The translations under genes and the position numbers were made by a program. This document shows, in pieces, positions 17,386 through 28,106 of a stretch of 32,000 bases of DNA (positions are counted from its first letter, which is position 1; each line of letters starts with the position of its first letter). The notes under the pieces were generated by a model, which ran no database searches, was not told where the DNA came from, and was given only the letters and a program-made list of their open reading frames with translations. Source of the stretch: Eubacteriales bacterium (GTDB taxonomy: Bacteria; Bacillota; Clostridia; Lachnospirales; Lachnospiraceae); the NCBI GenBank assembly GCA_030533405.1, contig JAUNJF010000013.1, positions 31,755-63,754 of the forward strand, written 5' to 3'.

Positions 17386-18123
17386 TCCTAGATTGGTATC
17401 AGGTGTGACTGTGCCATGTGTTTTTAATACTGCTCTTGGAAGTGCATCCTTTGCATTTTTCCATGGTTCGTTTTGATAGCGATAATCAAATTTGTTAATG
17501 AACCAGTCGATATCTTCCTGCATGCGTTCCATATTGCTGAAATATATTTTGTTAATGTCTTGAATGAACGAATTAGCCTGTTCCTTGGAAAGGAAGTCAG
17601 AGGCTCTATCAAATAAAATTGCATAATGATAAGTACAAAAGCCCTTGGATTTTTTGATTGTGTCAGAAAAGTCAGGGTCTTTTTTATATAAGTGGAAGAT
17701 GGTATCAATATAACGATCAAATGTATGATTCACGCGATCGCATATAAAACATGTCTGACTTAAAATTGTAACATATTCTCCTAAAGAGGAACTACCGCTT
17801 TTTTTCTTGAGTAAGGATTTTCCAGTTGGAACATAATCTTTGGATAAATCCTTTAAATCTTTTGTGACTTTCATCATGTGTGTACTAAGCATTAATGCTA
17901 GGCCAAGACGATTTTTTTCGCCATACAAGGTTTGAATGTGTTTTTCGCAAAATCCCATTTTATCAGTCATAGCCCGATTATCGTCTTCCATATAACTTGG
18001 TCCCATTGTATATTCGATGGCGTTTTTTTCTAGTTCCTGTTTCATTCTGCACAAAGGACATTCGCAATCCGCCTGAAAGGCATCTGTGACAGGAATGGTA
18101 TAAAGTTGTTCTTTCATATTCAT
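17377..18123 (-). CDS. uncharacterised Cys/His-rich protein (DUF6062-like) with a duplicated CxxC...CxxH module
   Basis: The 248-aa ORF carries C22xxC25...C59xxH62 and C125xxC128...C163xxH166. The SD GGAGA favours the second ATG (18117) as the start. The 3' end overlaps the convergent YiiX-like gene by 9 nt. Confidence 0.7.
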   Translation of the reverse strand: MNMKEQLYTIPVTDAFQADCECPLCRMKQELEKNAIEYTMGPSYMEDDNRAMTDKMGFCEKHIQTLYGEKNRLGLALMLSTHMMKVTKDLKDLSKDYVPTGKSLLKKKSGSSSLGEYVTILSQTCFICDRVNHTFDRYIDTIFHLYKKDPDFSDTIKKSKGFCTYHYAILFDRASDFLSKEQANSFIQDINKIYFSNMERMQEDIDWFINKFDYRYQNEPWKNAKDALPRAVLKTHGTVTPDTNLGLD

Positions 18124-18151
18124 GTTCTCCGTTCTTTTACAATATACTTAG

Positions 18152-18180
18152 ATTATACATCATGACGCAGAATGTAGCAA
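18152..18180 (-). promoter_or_regulatory. candidate sigma-A promoter for the Cys/His-rich protein gene
   Basis: On the minus strand: TTGCTA (18180-18175), a 17-nt spacer, then TATAAT (18157-18152). Confidence 0.5.
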
Positions 18181-18206
18181 TGCAAGAAATTTTTGAAAAT
18201 AAGGGG

Positions 18207-18234
18207 TTGATTTTTTTAGAAAATGGGGTACAAT
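18207..18234 (+). promoter_or_regulatory. sigma-A promoter of the groESL operon
   Basis: TTGATT (18207-18212), a 16-nt spacer, then TACAAT (18229-18234), immediately upstream of CIRCE. Confidence 0.55.
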
Positions 18235-18244
18235 AAGAATTGTG

Positions 18245-18271
18245 TTAGCACTCGGATGAAATGAGTGCTAA
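18245..18271 (+). promoter_or_regulatory. CIRCE operator (HrcA binding site)
   Basis: TTAGCACTC-N9-GAGTGCTAA is a perfect match to the CIRCE consensus, 47 nt upstream of groES. Confidence 0.95.
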
Positions 18272-18317
18272 TGATTGGAGTGATAATAAAAAGATAGAAT
18301 AAAAGGAGGATATTCGA

Positions 18318-18605
18318 ATGAAATTAGTACCATTAGGTGAAAGAGTTGTATTAAAAGAGTGTGTTGCAGAAGAAACAACAAAGTCAGGAATTGTTTTACC
18401 AACAGCTTCACAGGAAAAACCACAATATGCAGAGGTAGTTGCAGTAGGACCTGGTATTGTAGTAGATGGTGAGAAGATTGAGATGCAGGTTAAGGTTGGA
18501 GATAAAGTAATTTACTCAAGATTTGCAGGCAATGATGTAGAATTAGACGGAGACAAATATATTATTGTTAAACAGAGTGATATTCACGCAGTTGTTGAAG
18601 CATAG
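18318..18605 (+). CDS. groES: co-chaperonin GroES
   Basis: The 95-aa product reads MKLVPLGERVVLK...GIVLP...VVAVGPG, with the SD AAAGGAGG upstream. Confidence 0.97.
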   Translation: MKLVPLGERVVLKECVAEETTKSGIVLPTASQEKPQYAEVVAVGPGIVVDGEKIEMQVKVGDKVIYSRFAGNDVELDGDKYIIVKQSDIHAVVEA

Positions 18606-18631
18606 TGATTAATAAATGGAGGTATAGATAG

Positions 18632-20260
<1,629 letters not shown>

Positions 20261-20288
20261 TTATAACCCGTCTAGCATAAAAGAAAAA

Positions 20289-20353
20289 ACAAGAGGCAAA
20301 GAATAAGCTTGTTAAAGTTTATTCTTTGCCTCTTGTGTTTTTTTTTTTTTTTT
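20289..20353. terminator. strong bidirectional terminator after groEL
   Basis: A perfect 18-bp stem, ACAAGAGGCAAAGAATAA (20289-20306) with TTATTCTTTGCCTCTTGT (20319-20336), around a 12-nt loop. A run of 16 T follows (20338-20353) and an A-rich tract precedes it. Confidence 0.9.
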
Positions 20354-20420
20354 ATTTGACGGGTGCACTCTATCGAGGTTGAACAAAGTGAAACTGAGAT
20401 TGCACCCGTCGCAAGACGGG

Positions 20421-20846
20421 TTATAACCACTTATAGTTAGGTTTTTCTTCATCAAATACTTTCCATCGAATGAAATCATCTAAAAAGATTCCAATCAAAG
20501 ATAATACCAACCATAACGATGAAAACGCAATACATATTTGTCCATATAGGTTGTATGGCATATTCGAATAATCCCATACATTTAAATGATATTTCATATT
20601 AACAATATATCCTGTTATGAATTCTAGTCCTGTAATAATGAGTGCGGAAAGAACCATTTGTACAGTTAGTGGTAGTTTGCGATTTGGGGATTGGTTTAAT
20701 AATCCACAGAAAATGAGTGCAAGTCCACCACAAATTATCATAGAAAAATGTGAAAAGCCCCTATAAATGATTTCCATATAAAAATATGAGAAACCGCCAA
20801 CAAGAAACAGGAAAAGATATTTATATAAGAAAGATAGTTTGTTCAA
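20421..20846 (-). CDS. CmpB-like membrane protein (PF06541 / DUF1113, putative ABC-transporter type IV family)
   Basis: Four TM segments. VWDYSNMPYNLYGQICIAFSSLW resembles the family's WDYS...G.I.L..S..W block. The start codon is TTG (20846-20844), 7 nt after GGAGG. Confidence 0.6.
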   Translation of the reverse strand: MNKLSFLYKYLFLFLVGGFSYFYMEIIYRGFSHFSMIICGGLALIFCGLLNQSPNRKLPLTVQMVLSALIITGLEFITGYIVNMKYHLNVWDYSNMPYNLYGQICIAFSSLWLVLSLIGIFLDDFIRWKVFDEEKPNYKWL

Positions 20847-20920
20847 AAAGGTTACCTCCTAAAAAATAAAAAAATAGAATAGTAGAAGTAGTATATGTTT
20901 AAATGAAAATATTATTCAGG

Positions 20921-20960
20921 AAATAAAAATACCAGAATGTAAAATGATACATTCTGGTAT
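20921..20960 (-). terminator. rho-independent terminator of the 77-aa ORF
   Basis: ATACCAGAATGT (20929-20940) pairs with ACATTCTGGTAT (20949-20960). On the minus strand the stem is followed by TTTTTATTT. Confidence 0.75.
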
Positions 20961-20997
20961 GGATATGCATGTGTTCGAATGAGAACGAAATATATAA

Positions 20998-21231
20998 TTA
21001 AGGTTCTAAAGATGTCATTTTAGTACCTTTGTATTTTTTTGTATAAATACTAAGTTCGTCTGTATATAATATTAATCCGCGAGCGCCATCTCTGACAATG
21101 TAAGCATATTTGTTCTTCTGGACGTTCATGTAAAGAACTTCATCTACATTTAGTTCTTTTGCTTTTGCCTTTGATGTGAATGGACTCAAAGGTTCTAATT
21201 TGTATTTTTTAACTGCTTGTGCTACTGTCAT
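20998..21231 (-). CDS. hypothetical small basic protein (77 aa)
   Basis: ORF with a strong SD, AGGAGG, 8 nt upstream of the ATG at 21231. The track's start at 21240 is a GTG that abuts the SD. The gene has its own terminator. I do not recognise a family. Confidence 0.55.
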   Translation of the reverse strand: MTVAQAVKKYKLEPLSPFTSKAKAKELNVDEVLYMNVQKNKYAYIVRDGARGLILYTDELSIYTKKYKGTKMTSLEP

Positions 21232-21260
21232 ATGAGACACCTCCTACAAGAAAGATTGAT

Positions 21261-21289
21261 TTGACAAATAATCGATTGCTATTCATAAT
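21261..21289 (+). promoter_or_regulatory. candidate sigma-A promoter for queH
   Basis: TTGACA (21261-21266), a 17-nt spacer, then CATAAT (21284-21289). This implies a leader of about 145 nt. Confidence 0.4.
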
Positions 21290-21441
21290 AATATTTATCT
21301 TGTTTAAATCAAGTATATTGTAAATCATGCACAAAGTCAACTAGGTATAATCAACAAAATACACATACAATAAACAAATGAGTTTGTGTGATAAATATAC
21401 ATTGTGCACAAAAAGACGAAGGAAAGAGGTATATATTGAAT

Positions 21442-22074
21442 ATGAATGTGAATTATCAACAAATATTAGATGATAAAATTCGTTCGATTGAAATAGAAAA
21501 CGAAAACGGAAAAGAACCACCTACACTTTTATTACATAGCTGTTGTGCACCGTGTTCTAGTTACGTATTAGAATATTTGTCAAAATATTTTCGGATTACA
21601 ATTTTATATTACAACCCCAATATTTCAGAGGAAGTAGAATATCAAAAAAGAGTAGAGGAAATGAAACGATTACTTGTTGAACAGCCAGCAAAGTATTCGG
21701 TTCAGTTTGTAGAAGGAGCTTACCATCCCGCAGATTATGAAAATGCAATCAAAGGATTAGAAATGCTGGGGGAACGAAGTCAAAGATGTTATGCATGTTA
21801 TAAATTACGCTTAGAGTACGCAGCACAATATGCAAAACAACATGATTTTGACTATTTTACAACAACGCTATCTATTAGTCCGCATAAAAATGCGATATGG
21901 TTGAATGAAATAGGAGAACAATTATCTGATACATATGATATTGCCTATCTGTATGCCGACTTTAAGAAAAAAAATGGATATAAGCGTTCAATTGAATTGT
22001 CTGCTATTTATCATTTGTATAGACAGGATTTTTGTGGTTGTTCCTATAGTAAGGAAGAAAGGCATCAGAAATAG
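21442..22074 (+). CDS. queH: epoxyqueuosine reductase QueH (DUF208)
   Basis: LLLHSCCAPCSSYVLEYL, YYNPNI, CYxCYxLRL and TTTLSISPHKNA are QueH hallmarks. I chose the ATG at 21442 (MNVNYQQIL). The track ORF begins at a GTG at 21388. Confidence 0.88.
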   Translation: MNVNYQQILDDKIRSIEIENENGKEPPTLLLHSCCAPCSSYVLEYLSKYFRITILYYNPNISEEVEYQKRVEEMKRLLVEQPAKYSVQFVEGAYHPADYENAIKGLEMLGERSQRCYACYKLRLEYAAQYAKQHDFDYFTTTLSISPHKNAIWLNEIGEQLSDTYDIAYLYADFKKKNGYKRSIELSAIYHLYRQDFCGCSYSKEERHQK

Positions 22075-22104
22075 CATAAAATAATATGCTTGTTATGAAC
22101 TAAT

Positions 22105-22145
22105 TACGGAGATGTTTTGAAAAAAAGCATTTCCGTATATTTATG
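22105..22145 (+). terminator. weak terminator-like hairpin after queH
   Basis: TACGGAGATG (22105-22114) pairs with CATTTCCGTA (22128-22137). The following T-tract is poor (TATATTTAT). Confidence 0.35.
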
Positions 22146-22176
22146 CAAAAATATTGTAATATATATAAAAAAACAC

Positions 22177-22205
22177 TTGTCAAAATAATGAAAGTATGCT
22201 AGGAT
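22177..22205 (+). promoter_or_regulatory. candidate sigma-A promoter (extended -10) for carAB
   Basis: TTGTCA (22177-22182), a 17-nt spacer ending in TGC, then TAGGAT (22200-22205). Confidence 0.45.
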
Positions 22206-22240
22206 ATACCAAAATATAAAAGCAATGTTATGAAAAAAAC

Positions 22241-22287
22241 CTAACCCATAGCAATGATGTGATGGGCTCTGTTAGTGTTTTTTTTTT
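22241..22287 (+). terminator. hairpin plus T10 in the carA leader (candidate attenuator)
   Basis: CTAAC-CCAT (22241-22249) pairs with ATGG (22262-22265) and GTTAG (22271-22275), with a 5-nt bulge and a 12-nt loop. TG and ten T follow (22278-22287). The run ends 27 nt before the carA ATG, which leaves no room for a downstream promoter. Confidence 0.35.
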
Positions 22288-22314
22288 GGGCAAAAATGAG
22301 AAAGGAAGGTACTT

Positions 22315-23385
22315 ATGAAAGCATTTTTGATCTTGGACGGGCATGTTTTTGAAGGAAAAAGCGTTGGTTGTACAGATGAAATAATTAGTGAAATTGTATT
22401 TAATACATCGATGACCGGCTACTTGGAGGTGTTAACTGATCCATCATATGCAGGTCAGGCAGTATGTATGACATATCCTTTAATTGGTAATTATGGTATC
22501 TGTTTTGAAGATATGGAGGCAAATAAGCCATGGCAGTCTGGATTTATTACAAGAGAAATTGCGAAATTACCAAGTAACTTCAGAACAGAAGAGACATTAG
22601 AGGACTTTTTGAGTCAGAATCATATCACAGGTATTGAAGGAATCGATACCAGAGCACTTACAAAGATTTTAAGAGAAAAAGGCACCATGAGAGGAATGAT
22701 TACAACAGACGAGAATTACGATATGGATGTTGTGATGAATAAAATCAAACAATATGAAATTGGTGATGTTGTGCGTCTTACAACTTGTAAAGATGTGATG
22801 CATTTCGAGGGTAATCGTTTTAAAGTTGCTGTGTTGGATTTAGGTGCTAAAAAGAATATTATTAGAGAATTACAAAATAGAGATTGTGAAGTTGTTGTAT
22901 ATCCATCTTATACAAAAGCGGAAGATATTATAAAAGACAAACCAGATGGAATTATGTTGACAAATGGTCCTGGTGATCCGAAGACAAATGTAGAAGTAAT
23001 TGAAGAAGTGAAAAAGTTATTTGCAACTAAAATACCAATTTTTGCAATTTGTTTAGGCCATCAGCTTTTAGCACTTGCAAATGGTGCAGATACTGAAAAA
23101 ATGAAATATGGTCACCGCGGTGCGAATCATCCTGTAAAAGATATGAAGACAGGTAAGGTATACATTTCAACACAAAACCATGGATATATGGTAAAAGAAG
23201 CGTCTATTGATAGAGATGTAGCTGAGGTGAGTTTTATCAATGTAAATGATGGAACGGTTGAGGGTGTTCACTATATTGGTAAGAATGTGCAAACGGTTCA
23301 GTTCCACCCAGAAGCTTGTGCTGGTCCTCATGATACAAATTATTTGTTTGATGAGTTTATGAATATGATGGAGGTGTCAAAATAA
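22315..23385 (+). CDS. carA: carbamoyl-phosphate synthase small (glutaminase) subunit
   Basis: TSMTGYLEVLTDPSYAGQ, GPGDP, ICLGHQLL and HRGANHPV motifs are present. The SD AAAGGAAGG lies upstream. Confidence 0.96.
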   Translation: MKAFLILDGHVFEGKSVGCTDEIISEIVFNTSMTGYLEVLTDPSYAGQAVCMTYPLIGNYGICFEDMEANKPWQSGFITREIAKLPSNFRTEETLEDFLSQNHITGIEGIDTRALTKILREKGTMRGMITTDENYDMDVVMNKIKQYEIGDVVRLTTCKDVMHFEGNRFKVAVLDLGAKKNIIRELQNRDCEVVVYPSYTKAEDIIKDKPDGIMLTNGPGDPKTNVEVIEEVKKLFATKIPIFAICLGHQLLALANGADTEKMKYGHRGANHPVKDMKTGKVYISTQNHGYMVKEASIDRDVAEVSFINVNDGTVEGVHYIGKNVQTVQFHPEACAGPHDTNYLFDEFMNMMEVSK

Positions 23386-26300
23386 TGCCAAAGAATCCGA
23401 ATATTAAAAAAGTAGTAGTAATTGGTTCTGGTCCAATTGTTATTGGTCAGGCTGCTGAGTTTGACTATGCTGGAACACAGGCATGTCGTGCATTAAAAGA
23501 GGAAGGGATTTATGTTATTTTAATTAATTCTAATCCTGCTACGATTATGACAGATAAAAATATTGCTGATCAGGTATATATTGAGCCATTGACACCAGAA
23601 ATTGTAAAAAAGGTTATTTTACAGGAAAAACCAGATAGTATTTTGCCAACACTTGGTGGACAGGCAGCGCTTAATATTGCGATGGAATTAGAAGAGTCGG
23701 GCTTTTTAAGAGAGCATAATGTTCGTTTGATTGGTACCTCTGCAAAAACAATTAAGAAGGCAGAGGATCGTGATGAATTTAAGAAAACAATGGAAAAGAT
23801 TGGTGAACCAATTGCACCATCCTCTGTTGTTACTACAGTAGAAGAAGGTTTGGAGTTTGTTAAGACCATTGGATATCCAGCTGTGTTACGTCCTGCGTAT
23901 ACATTAGGCGGTTCAGGTGGTGGTATTGCAGCTGATGAAGAAGAATTTAAAGAGATTTTGGAAAATGGATTGCGTCTTTCTCGTGTAGGTCAGGTTTTGG
24001 TAGAACGTTGTATCGCTGGATGGAAAGAAATCGAGTACGAAGTAATGCGTGATGCGAATGGAACAGGAATTTGCGTATGTAATATGGAAAATCTTGATCC
24101 GGTTGGTGTACATACAGGAGATTCTATTGTTGTAGCGCCGTCACAGACACTTGCGGATAAAGAGTATCAGATGCTTAGAAGTGCTGCGCTTAATATTATA
24201 TCTGAGTTGAAAATTACAGGTGGTTGTAATGTGCAGTTTGCACTTCATCCAACATCATTTGAGTATTGTGTTATTGAGGTAAATCCACGTGTTAGCCGTT
24301 CTTCCGCTTTAGCTTCTAAGGCAACAGGATATCCAATTGCGAAAGTATCTGCAAAGATTGCGTTGGGATATGATTTGGATGAGATTAAAAATGCAATTAC
24401 AGGAAAGACATATGCAAGTTTTGAACCAGCATTGGATTATTGTGTTGTAAAGATTCCGAGACTTCCATTTGATAAATTTATTAAGGCAAGCCGTAAACTT
24501 ACAACGCAGATGAAGGCAACTGGAGAAGTTATGAGTATTTGTACGAACTTTGAAGGTGCACTCATGAAAGCACTTCGTTCACTTGAACAGCATGTGGATA
24601 GTCTTTTGTATGGCGATTTAGGGAATGAACCTGTTGAAAAAATTCATGATGAATTATCTCGTGTAGATGATAGACGTATTTTTGTTGTAGCAGAAGCAAT
24701 TCGTAGAGGTATTACAAAAGAAGAAATTCATTCAATCACGAAGATTGATATGTGGTTTTTGGATAAGATTGAGAATATTGTTAAGGTTGAAAAACGTCTT
24801 GCTACAGAAGAATTAACAAAGGAATTATTATTTGAGGCAAAGAGAATGGAGTTTCCAGATCATGTCATTGCAAAGATTGCAGGAAATACAAAGGAAGAAG
24901 TTCGTGCTTTGCGTGATGAGTATAAGATGTATCCGGCGTATAAGATGGTAGATACATGTGCGGCTGAGTTTGAAGCATCTACACCTTATTATTATTCATG
25001 TTATGATGGTGAGTGTGAGGTAGATGCGACAAGAAAGAAAAAGAAAGTAATGGTATTGGGTTCTGGTCCGATTCGTATTGGACAGGGTGTAGAATTCGAT
25101 TACTGTTCTGTTCACAGTACTTGGGCACTTTCTGACAGTGGATATGAAACAATTATTGTGAATAACAACCCTGAGACCGTATCAACAGATTTTGATATTG
25201 CTGACAAGTTGTATTTTGAACCATTGACAGCAGAAGATGTTGAGGCAATTGTGAATTTGGAAAAACCAGATGGAGCTGTTGTGCAGTTTGGTGGTCAGAC
25301 TGCAATTAAGCTTACAGAGGATTTGTTGAAAATGGGTGTACCTATTCTAGGTACATCCGCTGAGAATGTAGATGCTGCCGAGGATAGAGAATTATTTGAT
25401 GAAATATTAGAGCAATGCTGTATCCCAAGACCAGCAGGAAAGACTGTGTTCACTTGTGAAGAAGCACTTGCGGCGGCAAATGAATTAGGTTATCCAGTAT
25501 TAGTGAGACCTTCTTATGTATTAGGTGGTCAGGGTATGCAGATTGCGATTAGTGATAATGATATTGTGGAATTTATGGATATCATTAACCGAACTGTGCA
25601 GGAACATCCAATTTTGGTTGATAAATATTTGATGGGTAAAGAAGTGGAAGTGGATGCTGTTTGTGATGGCGAAGACATCTTGATTCCAGGTATTATGGAA
25701 CATGTGGAGCGTGCAGGAATTCACTCGGGTGATAGTATTTCGGTATATCCTGCAAGAAGTATTTCTGATAAGGTGAAACGTGTATTGGAAGATTATACAA
25801 AGAAACTTGCAGTTAGCTTACATGTTATTGGATTGATTAATATTCAGTTTATTGTATATCAGGAAGAAGTTTATGTGATTGAGGTTAATCCACGTTCTTC
25901 AAGAACAGTTCCTTATATTAGTAAGGTTACAGGTATTCCAATTGTAGATCTTGCTTCTAAGGTTATTACAGGAGAAAAAATTCGCAATCTTGGTTATACC
26001 CCAGGACTTCAAAAGGAGAGCGAATATTTTGCAATTAAGATGCCAGTGTTCTCGTTCGAAAAGCTTCGCGGCGCAGAAATTAGTTTAGGACCAGAAATGA
26101 AGTCGACAGGTGAATGTCTTGGTATTGCTAAAGACTTTAATGAAGCGCTTTATAAAGCATTTTTAGGTTCTGGTATTGATTTGCCTAAGCATAAGAAAAT
26201 GGTACTTACCGTTAAGGATTCCGATAAGCTTGAAGCAGTAGAGATTGGTAAACGTTTTGTAGCGCTTGGTTACGAAATTTATTCTACGAGAAGTACTTGT

Positions 26301-26582
26301 CGTGTGTTAAATGAAAATGGTATTCCGGCTAAATTTATTAATAAGGTTGAAAGAGAATCTCCAAATCTTTTGGATTTGATTTTAAGCCATGAAATAGATT
26401 TGGTTATTGATACACCAGCGCAGGGTATTGAAAAGAGTAAGGATGGATTTATTATTCGTAGACATGCAATTGAAACTGGTGTTACAGTTCTAACAAGTTT
26501 GGATACTGCAGATGCATTATTAACATCGCTTGAAAAGGCTAACAAAGATCATTTAACATTGGTAGATATTTGTAGATTATAA
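23385..26582 (+). CDS. carB: carbamoyl-phosphate synthase large subunit
   Basis: The 1065-aa product has duplicated ATP-grasp halves (GSGPIVIGQAAEFDYAG and GSGPIRIGQGVEFDYC) and a C-terminal MGS-like domain. Its start overlaps the carA stop (TAATG). Confidence 0.98.
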   Translation: MPKNPNIKKVVVIGSGPIVIGQAAEFDYAGTQACRALKEEGIYVILINSNPATIMTDKNIADQVYIEPLTPEIVKKVILQEKPDSILPTLGGQAALNIAMELEESGFLREHNVRLIGTSAKTIKKAEDRDEFKKTMEKIGEPIAPSSVVTTVEEGLEFVKTIGYPAVLRPAYTLGGSGGGIAADEEEFKEILENGLRLSRVGQVLVERCIAGWKEIEYEVMRDANGTGICVCNMENLDPVGVHTGDSIVVAPSQTLADKEYQMLRSAALNIISELKITGGCNVQFALHPTSFEYCVIEVNPRVSRSSALASKATGYPIAKVSAKIALGYDLDEIKNAITGKTYASFEPALDYCVVKIPRLPFDKFIKASRKLTTQMKATGEVMSICTNFEGALMKALRSLEQHVDSLLYGDLGNEPVEKIHDELSRVDDRRIFVVAEAIRRGITKEEIHSITKIDMWFLDKIENIVKVEKRLATEELTKELLFEAKRMEFPDHVIAKIAGNTKEEVRALRDEYKMYPAYKMVDTCAAEFEASTPYYYSCYDGECEVDATRKKKKVMVLGSGPIRIGQGVEFDYCSVHSTWALSDSGYETIIVNNNPETVSTDFDIADKLYFEPLTAEDVEAIVNLEKPDGAVVQFGGQTAIKLTEDLLKMGVPILGTSAENVDAAEDRELFDEILEQCCIPRPAGKTVFTCEEALAAANELGYPVLVRPSYVLGGQGMQIAISDNDIVEFMDIINRTVQEHPILVDKYLMGKEVEVDAVCDGEDILIPGIMEHVERAGIHSGDSISVYPARSISDKVKRVLEDYTKKLAVSLHVIGLINIQFIVYQEEVYVIEVNPRSSRTVPYISKVTGIPIVDLASKVITGEKIRNLGYTPGLQKESEYFAIKMPVFSFEKLRGAEISLGPEMKSTGECLGIAKDFNEALYKAFLGSGIDLPKHKKMVLTVKDSDKLEAVEIGKRFVALGYEIYSTRSTCRVLNENGIPAKFINKVERESPNLLDLILSHEIDLVIDTPAQGIEKSKDGFIIRRHAIETGVTVLTSLDTADALLTSLEKANKDHLTLVDICRL

Positions 26583-26596
26583 GATATGTGAAGAAT

Positions 26597-26638
26597 AGGT
26601 TATCATGATCTGAAATCAGATATGATAACCTGTTTTTT
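26597..26638 (+). terminator. rho-independent terminator after carB
   Basis: AGGTTATCATGATCTGA pairs with TCAGATATGATAACCT (26597-26631), followed by GTTTTTT. Confidence 0.8.
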
Positions 26639-26700
26639 ATTTGTAAAAAGATGAAAGATGAGAAATATATGCGTTATCAAATGACTGTGTTAGCGAGATA

Positions 26701-26729
26701 TTGACAATTGTAAAGATTTACGATTTAAT
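26701..26729 (+). promoter_or_regulatory. candidate sigma-A promoter for fabV
   Basis: TTGACA (26701-26706), a 17-nt spacer, then TTTAAT (26724-26729). Confidence 0.45.
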
Positions 26730-26808
26730 ACAATAGAAGGCGTATGAAAAAAAGATAGATAAGTATTAAATACATGTATAACAATATAGATAAATTGGAG
26801 GATAAAAG

Positions 26809-27972
26809 ATGATTGTAGAACCTAAAGTGAAGGGATTTATTTGTACGACGGCACATCCGGTTGGATGTCAGAAGAATGTAGAAAATCAAGTGGCATATGT
26901 GAAGGAAAGAAAGCATATTGAAGGTGCAAAAAAGGTATTAGTGCTTGGAGCGTCAACTGGATATGGATTGGCGTCTCGTATTACAACTGCATTTGGTATG
27001 GGTGCTGCAACTATAGGTGTTGCTTTTGAACGTGAAGCTTCTGGAAAACGTACTGCTACACCGGGATATTATAATACGAAAAGTTTTGATGAAGAGGCAA
27101 AAAAGAATGGGTTATATGCCAAATCATTTAATGGTGATGCATTTTCTGTTGAAATGAAAGAACAGGTTATACAGACAATCAAAGAAGATTTAGGGAAAGT
27201 TGATTTGATTGTATATTCTTTAGCTGCACCAAGAAGAACAACAAAAGATGGGATCACACATAATTCCGTATTGAAGACAACAGAAAGTGATTTCACACAA
27301 AAAAACTGGAATTTGAAGGATGATTCAATTAGTGATGCTACTATTCCTGTTGCAACGCAAGAGGAAATTCAAGAAACCATTAAGGTAATGGGCGGAGAAG
27401 ATTGGATGGACTGGATGGATGCTCTGGTTGAAGCAGATGTGGTGGAAGAGAATGCAATTACTGTTGCGTATTCTTATATAGGACCAAAGTTGACATATCC
27501 GATTTATCATGAGGGTACGATTGGTATGGCGAAGAAACATTTATCAGATAGCGCAGTAGCGATTACGAATAAATATGCTTCTAAGAATATCAGAGGATAT
27601 GTTTCTGTGAATAAAGCATTGGTGACGCAGGCAAGTGCAGCAATTCCAGTTGTGCCATTGTATCTTGCTATATTATATAAAGTCATGAAAGAAAAGAATA
27701 TTCATGAAGGTTGTATTGAACAGATGTATAGACTGTTTTCTGATAAGATTTACACAGGAATGCAATTGTGTGTGCAGGAAGATGGTATGCTTCATGTAGA
27801 CGATTGGGAGATGCGTGAGGATGTGCAAAACGAAGTAATGGATATATGGGGAAAAATTAATTCAGAGAATTTGTTAACTTACGCAGATACAAAAGGGTAT
27901 TGGGATGATTTTTATCATATGTTTGGTTTTCAGGTTGAAGGTGTAGATTATACTTTAGATGTAGAAGTGTAA
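26809..27972 (+). CDS. fabV: trans-2-enoyl-CoA / enoyl-ACP reductase (FabV/TER family, NADH-dependent)
   Basis: MIVEPKVKGFICTTAHPVGC, LVLGASTGYGLASRI, IVYSLAAP, VMGGEDW, AYSYIGP, SVNKALVTQASAAIPVVPLYL and HEGCIEQ are colinear with Treponema TER / Vibrio FabV as I remember them. Confidence 0.9.
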   Translation: MIVEPKVKGFICTTAHPVGCQKNVENQVAYVKERKHIEGAKKVLVLGASTGYGLASRITTAFGMGAATIGVAFEREASGKRTATPGYYNTKSFDEEAKKNGLYAKSFNGDAFSVEMKEQVIQTIKEDLGKVDLIVYSLAAPRRTTKDGITHNSVLKTTESDFTQKNWNLKDDSISDATIPVATQEEIQETIKVMGGEDWMDWMDALVEADVVEENAITVAYSYIGPKLTYPIYHEGTIGMAKKHLSDSAVAITNKYASKNIRGYVSVNKALVTQASAAIPVVPLYLAILYKVMKEKNIHEGCIEQMYRLFSDKIYTGMQLCVQEDGMLHVDDWEMREDVQNEVMDIWGKINSENLLTYADTKGYWDDFYHMFGFQVEGVDYTLDVEV

Positions 27973-28020
27973 TTGTGCATTGTTACAAAAATAGAATAAC
28001 AAAATTTCAATATTTGTATG

Positions 28021-28049
28021 TTGTCTAAAGATACAATATATAGTAAAAT
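28021..28049 (+). promoter_or_regulatory. candidate sigma-A promoter for the chemoreceptor gene
   Basis: TTGTCT (28021-28026), a 17-nt spacer, then TAAAAT (28044-28049). Confidence 0.35.
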
Positions 28050-28106
28050 TAAAATAATATAATAAGATATATATGTTACTGGAGAGGCTTATGAGGAGGG
28101 GTAGTT

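Noticed and set aside
22206-22314. PyrR binding loop or a riboswitch in the carA leader
   Set aside because: There is no ARUCCAGAGAGGYU-like motif. Only about 30 nt lie between the predicted TSS and the hairpin, which is too short for any known aptamer. The tiny ORFs (ML*, MKKT*) lack SDs.
26651-26704. 17-aa ORF (MKDEKYMRYQMTVLARY) between carB and fabV
   Set aside because: It has no SD, overlaps the predicted fabV -35 box, and has no recognisable leader-peptide logic.
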